Below the pieces are notes generated by a model, which was given only the letters and a program-made list of their open reading frames with translations, was not told the origin of the DNA and searched no databases. Below, one piece after another: positions 56,447 to 64,000 of a stretch of 64,000 nt of DNA (positions within the stretch are counted from its first letter, which is position 1; each line of letters opens with the position of its first letter). The stretch lies in assembly GCA_963702545.1 (NCBI GenBank), contig CAVPDB010000009.1:199743-263742 (forward strand), given 5' to 3'. Made by a program: the position numbers and the translations under genes. This DNA comes from an uncultured Acidobacteriota bacterium. Lineage in GTDB: Bacteria > Acidobacteriota > Polarisedimenticolia > J045.

Positions 56447-57541
56447 TCAAATCACGAGATTGAACAAGTACCCCGTCAAGATGATCCCCACCGACACCAC
56501 CCCGACGAACACCGCAATAAGGCGCGGCTTCAACACACGCCGCAAAATGATGATCTCCGGCAGGCTCAGCGCCACCACGCTCATCATGAAGGCCAGCACC
56601 GTGCCCAGCGCGGCGCCCTTGGCCATCAACGCCTCCGTCACCGGGATGATGCCGGCTGCGTTCGAGTACATGGGCACGCCGATGGCCACGGCCGCCGGCA
56701 CGCTCCACCAGGCGTCCTTGCCCATGATGCCGGCCAGCGCGTTTTCGGGCACGTAGCCGTGGATCACGGCGCCCACGGCGATGCCGGCCACCACGTAGGG
56801 CCACACCTTGCCCACGATCTCGCGCGTCGTCTGCCAGGCAATGGCGAAGCGCTCCGGCCAGCTCATGCGGTCGCCCGGCTGCGCGCCCGACCTGCCGACC
56901 GAGATCTTCCAGACGAAGTCCTCCACGCCCCGCTCGACGTTCGGTACGCGGCCAATGACGACGCCGGCCAGAATTGCGATGAGCAGGCCGGTCGCCATGT
57001 ACAGGGCGGCGACCTGCCAGCCATACATCCCAAAGAGCATGATCAGCGCGATCTCGTTGATCATGGGCGCGGCGATGAGAAATGAGAAGGTGACGCCGAG
57101 GGGGATGCCCGCCTCGACGAAGCCGATGAAGAGCGGCACGGCCGAGCAGGAGCAGAAGGGCGTCACCATGCCCAGCATGGCGGCCAGGACGTTGCCGACG
57201 CCCTGGCGTTTGCCGCCCAACAGTTGGCGGGTGCGTTCCACGCCGAAGAAGGTGCGCACGGTGGTGACCAGGAAGATCATGCCCGTGAGGAGCAGCAGAA
57301 TCTTGGGCACGTCGTAAATGAAGAAGGCGACGGCGCTCCCCAGCGCCGAACCGGGGGCCAGCCCAAGCAGATCGAAGGTGATCCAGGCGGCCAGACGTTC
57401 CAGGTTGCTCCAGGCGACCCACCAGAGCGCCGCGGCGCCGGCCAGCAATACCCACACGCGCCACGGATGGCTGTGAGGCGCAGCATCCAATGGCTGGGGA
57501 GATGCACTGTCAGACGGAGAGGATAGCAGGCTGTTGCTCAC
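56447..57541 (-). CDS. COG0701/DUF318-type permease (ArsP-like)
   Basis: GTG at 57541, 14 nt after the arsR stop. About 10 TM helices. The TPFCSCSAVPLF Cys motif is typical of this family. Confidence 0.8.
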   Translation of the reverse strand: MSNSLLSSPSDSASPQPLDAAPHSHPWRVWVLLAGAAALWWVAWSNLERLAAWITFDLLGLAPGSALGSAVAFFIYDVPKILLLLTGMIFLVTTVRTFFGVERTRQLLGGKRQGVGNVLAAMLGMVTPFCSCSAVPLFIGFVEAGIPLGVTFSFLIAAPMINEIALIMLFGMYGWQVAALYMATGLLIAILAGVVIGRVPNVERGVEDFVWKISVGRSGAQPGDRMSWPERFAIAWQTTREIVGKVWPYVVAGIAVGAVIHGYVPENALAGIMGKDAWWSVPAAVAIGVPMYSNAAGIIPVTEALMAKGAALGTVLAFMMSVVALSLPEIIILRRVLKPRLIAVFVGVVSVGIILTGYLFNLVI

Positions 57542-57554
57542 GGCTGAATGCCTT

Positions 57555-57932
57555 TCATGATCGCCAAATTTCCAGCGCGATCGGTTGCGGTTCCTCCTGG
57601 CACTTGGGACAGGGGCAGGAAATGACCTTCTTGTGCCTCGCCAGTTCGGGATGTTCACCCACCGCTGGCCCGAGCACGCTGTCGAGCCAGGCGCGGACCG
57701 TCTCGTCGCTGAGCCGGTAGAAGACGTTCTGGCCCTGCTTCTCGTCCGCGATCAGGCCGGCCTCGCGCAGCAGCCGCAACTGCTGGGAGACGTAGGGCTG
57801 CGGCTTGCCGAGCATGGCCTCCAGGTGGCAGACGCACTCGCTGTCGCGGCGGATGGCGTCCAGGATGCGCAGGCGTTCGGGGTGGGCCAGGAGTTTCAGG
57901 CGGCTGCTGAGAAGATCGTAGTCGGGAATCAT
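57555..57932 (-). CDS. arsR: ArsR/SmtB-family metalloregulator
   Basis: LKLLAHPERLRILDAI..ECVCHLEAMLGKPQPYVSQQLRLLREAGLI is a winged HTH with an ECVC metal site, plus a C-terminal CPCPKC. Confidence 0.9.
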   Translation of the reverse strand: MIPDYDLLSSRLKLLAHPERLRILDAIRRDSECVCHLEAMLGKPQPYVSQQLRLLREAGLIADEKQGQNVFYRLSDETVRAWLDSVLGPAVGEHPELARHKKVISCPCPKCQEEPQPIALEIWRS

Positions 57933-58053
57933 TTTTGACCGTAGTCACCATTGAATGCGAAAAGAGATATATTCAGGATATTGCATGGATTGTCTCACAG
58001 TGTAGACGTCGTGTCAATAATGGGTCTTTGCCTGGGTCTATTTACTTTCTGGG

Positions 58054-58183
58054 GCAGCACTGTCAGCGGATTCGGAAGCGGATTGAGCGGATGACGACAG
58101 CGGATTGCCGGGCCGGAATTGGTGCGCTCTGCGTCCCCTGCGCGCAGCCAGACAAGGATGCTGGGGGCGATCCGCTCAATCCG
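58054..58183. repeat. Cluster of AGCGGAT(T/G) motifs (4 direct, 2 inverted) including a 16-bp perfect inverted repeat
   Basis: AGCGGATTGAGCGGAT (58067-58082) is the exact reverse complement of 58160-58175. Extra copies lie near 58054 and 58089. Confidence 0.8.
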
Positions 58184-58212
58184 CTAATGAGATCTTCCAG
58201 CCCTCGGGGGTA

Positions 58213-60586
58213 TCAGTCCATGCGCGCCAGCAATTCTTCGAGTTCGGCCAACGCCTGGTGCAGAGGAGCGGTGACGCTGGCCCCTGACCTTGGCCCGGCC
58301 ATCGTCGCACGGCCAGGGACCGTCGCGACGGGCGCGCCTTCCCTTCCCCGCAGGTCCTCCCACTCCTCCAGGGCCTCCATGGCGCTGCGGTATCCTATGT
58401 CGGCAATCTGCTGATAGGAGCCGAAGTCCAGGATGTTGAATTGCTCCACGGGCGGACGGATGTAGACGTCGGCGAACCCACGCTTGGTCTTGGCCTGGTG
58501 CACGTCATTGAGCGCCAACACCCGCAGCAAGCTTTCGAAGATCAGCGGGGCGCTCCGATCCCGGCGCTGCAGCGGATTCAGCTTGGCCGCGAGGGCCTGC
58601 CAGCCTGAGACGCTGGGGCCGAAGCGGTAGTCGCGCAGCAGGTCCACGTCGGGGAACACGTTCACGGCGATGATCGGCCCGCCATAATTCAGCCGCTGCA
58701 TAACGTCGATGGGCAGGTTGTTGAGCACGCAGCCGTCTACCAGAAGGTCTCCCTCGGCAAGGATAGGGGAAAAGACGCCGGGGATGGCCATGCTGGCGCG
58801 CACCGCCTGCCACAGTGGGCCCCGGCGGTGCACCATGGCGACGGCATGGGTCAGGTTGCTGGAGACGCAGAAGCAGGGCATCCACAGATCCTCGATCTGC
58901 GTGTCGCCGTAGAGCCGCTGCAGCACTTGCGTGACCTTCCCCGAGGCAAAGAACGAGACCACAGGCATCGTAAGGTCGAAGAGCTTCAAAGGCGAGGCCA
59001 ACTGCCGCGCCAACTTCAGGGTGTCCCGGTCGTTCAGGCCCATGGCGAATGTGGCGCTGAGGATGGCGCCCATGCTGGTGCCGCCGACCAGGTCCACGGC
59101 GACCCCGCACTCCCTGAGGGCTTTGAAGACCCCAATGTGCGCAAAGCCGCGGGCCCCGCCGCCACCCAATACCAGCCCCATGCCGCGGCCGGTGACCCGG
59201 CGCACAAAGCTGTCAAAATCTGCCGGCTGGCCCAACCGGACGTGATGGTGGCCGGCTGCCGGGTATCGGTCCAGCCAGGCCGCCGTGCCTGAGGGTCGGG
59301 AGATGTGATCCGGCTGGAGCAGCACCAGCTCGGTAGTGGTGGAATCGCTGTGGACGGCCAGATGCTGGTCTAGTTCGGTGGGCACCGGAGGAGACCCGCC
59401 CTGGCCCACCAGCAGCACCCGGTCGGCCATGCGCAGGCAGCGCTGCGTCCATGGAGTCCAGGCATCATCTGCCTCGTAGATCACGTAGCAGTAGCTTTGC
59501 TCCTGCCGCTGCAGCCAGGCAGCGAGCATGGGCTCGGAGGGATCCGGTGCGTCCACCTGGGCGATGCCCGGCCTGCCGAGGAGTCCCTCCAGGCGAGCGC
59601 TGCTGAGGTGTAAGGTCGTACCACGGACCGAAAGAACCGACGCCAGCCGCTCCGCGAAGGCCGCAAGCGGCACGCCGCCCCGGGGGACGCCCACCGGCAA
59701 CACGGCAAAGCCCACGGCGTCAGAGGCGTGGAAGGCATTAGGCGTGGCAGCGCGGCGCTGCACGCGGCGCAACGCGATGCGGGCCAGGCGCGTCATCACC
59801 TCTGGATACTGGAGCTTCAGGTTCTCGAAGAGGGACCGCGTGATCACCCCTACCGCGCTGTCACGCAGGGCGTAGACCGTGGCCGAGCGTACGTCGCCGG
59901 TGAGCAGGCTCCTCTCGCCCACGGTGTCCCCGCGGCCGATCTCGTCGATGACCGTCTCCGTTCCCTCGGCATCGCGGGCCACGATGCGCAGCCGGCCCAT
60001 AGATCACGACGAACAGGCGATCGGCGTCCTCGCCCTCGCGGATCAGGACATCCCCGCGCTTCAGTTGCAGGCACTCGATTTCCGCCAGCAGCGCCGCCAA
60101 CTGCGCGGCGTCCCGCTCGCCGAGCAAGTCGCAGATGACTCGGGCCAGCAGCGTCTCATCCGCAACCGGGGCGATGAAATCTGCAAGCCTGGACATGGAC
60201 TCCGGGTGCCTCTCGCACAGCCCCTCGAAGGCGATCCTGCCCAGCCGCAAGACCCTGGCGTCGTCGAGGGCCCGCGCTGTGCTGGTGTGCGGCCCGCGGG
60301 CTACCAGGCCGATCTCGCCGACCCCCTCCCCTGGGCTTAGCACGCGGACCGGCTGGGCGCCGCCCTGGGGGAATTGTTCCGTTAGCGAGATGCGCCCGCG
60401 CAGGATGAGGAATGCGGCGTCACGCGGATCGCCGCCAGCGAAGAGGGTTTCCCCCGCGTGCAGATCGATGGGCTCCAATGCCTGGTCCAGTTCTTCCCGG
60501 GCGATGGGGTCCAGCGCCTCGATCGCCAGGCGCGCCGCGGGGTACGCCGCCGGCGCCGAGAGCCATTCTTCCAGCAGATCTTCCAT
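58213..60586 (-). pseudogene. Patatin-like phospholipase with two N-terminal cyclic-nucleotide-binding domains (NTE family), one +1 break near 59997
   Basis: cNMP domains: GETLFAGGDPRDAAFLILRGRISL and GDVLIREGEDADRLFVVIYG|RLRIV. Patatin: GLVLGGGGARGFAHIG, GGTSMGA (GxSxG), LVDGCVLNNLP (Asp). Confidence 0.85.
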
Positions 60587-60719
60587 CGGATCAAACTCCT
60601 TTTGCGGTACCCGAGCTCCCGAGTCGTAAGCGAAGCGACGCCCGCGCTGTTCCAGCCACAGGCAGGCCTCAGCTCACCTGCTCACGACACAGCGCCGCTC
60701 GTCCGCCTGGCAAGCGCAC

Positions 60720-62007
60720 TCAGCTATACAACTGCTTGGCGAGCGCGCTCACCCGCTTGGCGAGCGCGATGATGGTCAGGATGGGCGGGTTGCCCAGGGA
60801 GCGCGGCAGCAGGCTGGCGTCGGCGACGTAGAGGTTGTCAGGCAGCCGGTCGTGATGCAGCGACCCGGCCTCCCGCTCGGTCAGCGGCAGGCTGCCACCC
60901 GGATGGCCGGCATTGATGGTGCCGAGGAAAAGATCTTCCTCCTTGGCTCCCAGCCGGCAGAGTATCTCGGTCGCCACCCCCTGCGCTGCGACCAGCCGTT
61001 CCTTATCGGTATCCGTGAGCGTCTTCTGAACACCGTGCCTCGTGACACTGCCCTCGTTGGACTCCGCCAGCTTGATCATGATGCCCAGGATATCCCGGGC
61101 CGGGTACTTCCACTCATCGTTGAAAAAGAAGCTCAGGAAATCGAAGTACGGCGAAAGGATGTAACCGGGCATCTGGGCCACGAAGGGCATCTCGACTTCC
61201 CGGCACTGGTGGCTGCCCGGCCAATGCGTGGCGACCGTCAGCACCGGGTCGACAAACAGGTGCGGTTCGCAAGGGATGCCGGACTCATCAAGGATGGCCG
61301 GGGTGGCGAAGCCGCCAGCCGCCAAAATCACCAGGTCGGCCGGGTAGAAGCGATGCAGGAGTCCATGGTGCGCCCACACACCCGTAGCCCGGCCGTCCTC
61401 GATCTCCACCGACTCGACCGCTGCAGCCGGTGATCAGCTCCGCGCCCTTCTCCAGTGCCGCGTCCAGGTACTGCCGGCTGTCCCACTTCACCCCCTCGGG
61501 ACAGCCGAACATGCAGCGACCGCAGCTCTTGCAGCGCGTGAAATCGCCCATCTTGGGCATGGGCATCGGCTCCAGGCCCATCTCCTGAAATATCTGGAAG
61601 AGCTGCCTGGTATGCTTGCGCCAGACCCTTTGGTGCGCCGTGGAGATGGGGATCTCCCGGAAGATCTCCTCGAACTCCGCATCGAGGTCGATGCCGAGCG
61701 CCCGCAGGTCCTGGTCCATGCGCACGGCATTGCCGCAACAGATGGCGGTCGAGCCGCCTGTGCCGATGCCGTTCACCAGCACCATGTCCGGCGTCTTGCG
61801 GATCTGCATCGCCGGGAAAGGAAAATGAATCAGCCGCTCGTCGAACAGCAGGTGCGTGCTCTTCAGCCGCTCCAGGGTCCGCAGGCTGAGGGACAGGGGG
61901 CGGAACTCTCCCCCGGCCTCCAGCACGGTGACGTCGAAGGCCCCCTGCAGTTCTTTGGCCGCAGTGGCGCCCCCGGCGCCGCTGCCGATCACAAGCGCAC
62001 GTTTCAT
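60720..62007 (-). pseudogene. GMC-type FAD-dependent oxidoreductase, one frame break near 61420
   Basis: AGGAG RBS. MKRALVIGSGAGGATAAKEL is a Rossmann motif. Internal CKSCGRCMFGCPEG. C-terminal GTINAGHPGGSLP...LYVADASLLP is the GMC C-terminal motif. Confidence 0.8.
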
Positions 62008-62596
62008 CTTGTTTGCTCCTGCCACGGTTGGGCTGAAGAGGGACTGCCTGCCAGCGTAAAGCGGGCGCGGCAGCAGGGCTGTCCTTCGGTGATACGCTCG
62101 AATGAAAACGAGTTCGCCTCCGCCTGCCAGGCCGGCCAACAATCCGCGATCCATGGCCGACATCACCCGGCAGGCCTCGGGTGAGTAGAAACTGCTGAAA
62201 TAGCAGCGGCTGATGGTGATCTCGCCGCTGCCACTGCCGCTGTCGCTGCCGTGGAAGTCGATGTCCAGGACGTCGTAGAGAAGGCGTCCGAGCGCCATGA
62301 CGTCGTCGACGCTGCTGGACGCGCAGCAACCATCCTGGCGTCCGGCCCAGGCGGTACGCGTTCCGATACAACCGCTCCTGCAACTCGGAGAGATCGCCAC
62401 CCTGGCGAAGCGCCTCCTCGGCCTGGTCCGCCGTGAACCGGGCATACGCCAGCAGGCACTGCTCCCGCGATAGCCCGGACAGCCGGGGCATATCGGCTTG
62501 AAACGCTGCGGCTGTAGCGCGGAAGAGCAGCACCAGCGCCTGCCGCTTGACGATCGCGGGCGTGTGAGTCAGAAGTCGCGCCAGCAATGGGCTCAT
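62004..62596 (-). pseudogene. ATC-hydrolase-like (L-2-amino-thiazoline-4-carboxylate hydrolase family) protein, 2 frame breaks
   Basis: MSPLLARLL... then ISRCYFSSFYSPEACRVMSAMDRGLLAGL then ERITEGQPCCRARFTL, read across frames. ATGA overlap with the oxidoreductase start. Family call is from the motif pattern only. Confidence 0.5.
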
Positions 62597-62598
62597 GG

Positions 62599-64000
62599 TC
62601 AATCCCTGGCCGCTTCGCCGGCAAAAAGGAAGCCTTCGCAGAGGCTGCCCGGCTCAGCTTTGCTGAGCACGGCGGCAGCGGCGGGCGCCCCGTCGTAGAG
62701 CGCTTCGATCAGGCCCTGCAAGCGAACTCCGACCGCCTGCCGCTTGAGCTTCAGGTTCGCGGTCAGGTCGCCGCGCTCGATGGACAGATCGTTGCGCAGG
62801 ACCGCCCAGCGCTTCACCTGCTCCGGGTGTGAAAGCCCGCGGCTGAGATCCGCCATGGCCTGGCTGATCGCGGCTTCGCTCGGGGCGTCGTCCGGGTCGA
62901 TGATCCACAGCAGCGCCACGCAATACGGGCGGCCCTCGCCCACCAGCATGGTCTCGGCGATGCCGGGGATGTCGCGCAGCAGCGCCTCGATCTTGGCCGG
63001 CTGCACGTACTTGCCGTACGAGGTCTTGAACAACTCCTTCTTGCGGCCCTCCAGGACCAGGTAGCCGTCCGCGGTCAGGCGTCCCAGATCGCCCGTGTGC
63101 AGCCAGCCGTCCTGCACGGGCGAAGGCGCGTCCGCCTCGAAGTAGCCGGCGGTGACCTGCGGCCCCCGGACCAGCACCTCGCCGTCCTCGGCGAGGCGCA
63201 CCTCCGTACGGGGCAAGGGCGCGCCAACCGTGCCGATGTGGTTGGCGCCCGCGCGGTTGAGCGTGACCAAGGGCGCCTCGGTGAGGCCGTAGGCGTTGTG
63301 GATCTCAATCCCCAGCTCACGAAAATTCAGCAGCAGCTTCTCGCTGGCAGACGCAGAGCCGACGGCCAACTGGGTGGCGCCGCGCAGTCCCAGCTTGCCC
63401 AGGAGGCTCCACCGCAGCAACGGGCGGATCGCGTTCTTCAGGGGACCTGCGGACAGGCCGAGGTAGAACTTGCCCGGCCCGCTCTCCTCCAGTCCTTCCC
63501 ACGCCCGCTCGAACACGCGCGGCACGGAGAAGAAGAAGGTGGGCTTCACCTGCGGCAGGTAGCGCTGCGCCTGCCTGAAATCCTCCAGGAAGTAGATGTC
63601 CAGCGCCTGGGGGATGTAGTAGCCGGCGTACGCGACCAGGATGCCTTCGACGACATGGTTCAGGGGCAGGAAGGACAGGTAGCGGGCGCGCCGCGTGCGA
63701 GCTCGCCAGGGCAGGAGCGCCGCCATGGTCTCGCCCATCCAGCGCAGGCCGTCGTGCCGGAACATCACGCCCTTGGGCCGGCCGGTGGTGCCCGAGGTGT
63801 AGCGCAGCGTCGCCAGGTCGCCGAAACCTGCGGGCGATTGCGGCTTGGGATCGAGTGGCTGCTGGCGGCCCAGTGCCAGGAACGCCTCCCAGGCCATGAC
63901 GGGCCGCGCGCCGGCCGCAGCCGGTGCCGCAGGCGCGGGATCGCTGCAGAAGGAGATGACCGGGGCGTCCGAGCGCAGCTCTCCGAGGCGTTCCAGCACC
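62599..64000 (-). CDS. AMP-dependent synthetase/ligase (long-chain acyl-CoA ligase-like), 5' end outside window
   Basis: LRYTSGTTGRPKGV AMP motif, NAYGLTEA, GWLHTGDLG and ELFKTSYGKYV. The ORF is open to the window edge. Confidence 0.9.
   Translation of the reverse strand, partial: VLERLGELRSDAPVISFCSDPAPAAPAAAGARPVMAWEAFLALGRQQPLDPKPQSPAGFGDLATLRYTSGTTGRPKGVMFRHDGLRWMGETMAALLPWRARTRRARYLSFLPLNHVVEGILVAYAGYYIPQALDIYFLEDFRQAQRYLPQVKPTFFFSVPRVFERAWEGLEESGPGKFYLGLSAGPLKNAIRPLLRWSLLGKLGLRGATQLAVGSASASEKLLLNFRELGIEIHNAYGLTEAPLVTLNRAGANHIGTVGAPLPRTEVRLAEDGEVLVRGPQVTAGYFEADAPSPVQDGWLHTGDLGRLTADGYLVLEGRKKELFKTSYGKYVQPAKIEALLRDIPGIAETMLVGEGRPYCVALLWIIDPDDAPSEAAISQAMADLSRGLSHPEQVKRWAVLRNDLSIERGDLTANLKLKRQAVGVRLQGLIEALYDGAPAAAAVLSKAEPGSLCEGFLFAGEAARD

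Overview
High-GC bacterial window with no rRNA, CRISPR array, transposase or phage genes. It splits into two sequence contexts joined near nt 12,980.

Part 1 (1-12,980; about 70-80% GC on hand-counted sample lines) is ordinary chromosome. It holds a histidine-kinase 3' end, tRNA-Ser(CGA), and a minus-strand fabF-lnt-squalene/phytoene synthase-FAH gene string. It also holds erpA, a degenerate GGDEF membrane protein, tRNA-Leu(CAA), dienelactone hydrolase, pirin, a DUF362 protein and a membrane metallophosphoesterase whose 3' end is cut off.

Part 2 (12,981-64,000; about 60-67% GC, with AT-richer intergenic regions) opens in the middle of a giant surface-protein gene (copy A). A second, N-terminally complete paralog follows (copy B, 20,152-25,081). 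The shared architecture is CSLREA/beta-helix, a PPC domain split by a 15-bp (APS[A/S]F)n repeat, a C25 gingipain-like cysteine peptidase and two Ig-like domains. Copy A additionally carries about ten tandem 261-bp (87-aa) Ig-like repeats.

Downstream of the paralogs are:
- a dual-cyclase/AAA/TPR STAND protein, a DUF3307 protein, a lipoprotein, MgtC, a fatty-acid desaturase, an EcsC-like protein and MscS;
- four type II toxin-antitoxin modules (vapBC, higBA, relE-like pair, phd-vapC);
- a hypABCDEF maturation operon with no hydrogenase structural genes in the window, interrupted by a TA pair plus an HhH/OGG-fold-like gene;
- a roughly 1,430-aa CoA-enzyme activase fusion and a MalT/LuxR STAND regulator;
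- an ars operon (arsR, COG0701 permease, thioredoxin-like protein, ACR3, arsC) punctuated by 33-bp and 43-bp perfect hairpins;
- a cNMP-binding patatin phospholipase and an acyl-CoA ligase / ATC-hydrolase-like / GMC oxidoreductase trio.

Major caveat: about 20 otherwise well-conserved genes are broken by single-base indels, mostly +1 insertions. Many genes are therefore reported as frame-disrupted, and their coordinates span several ORF-track fragments.

No recognisable defence system or mobile element was found. The most unusual structures are the paralogous giant C25-protease surface proteins with their nested repeats, a thrice-repeated ~45-nt purine-rich leader motif, and the long perfect palindromes in the ars region.
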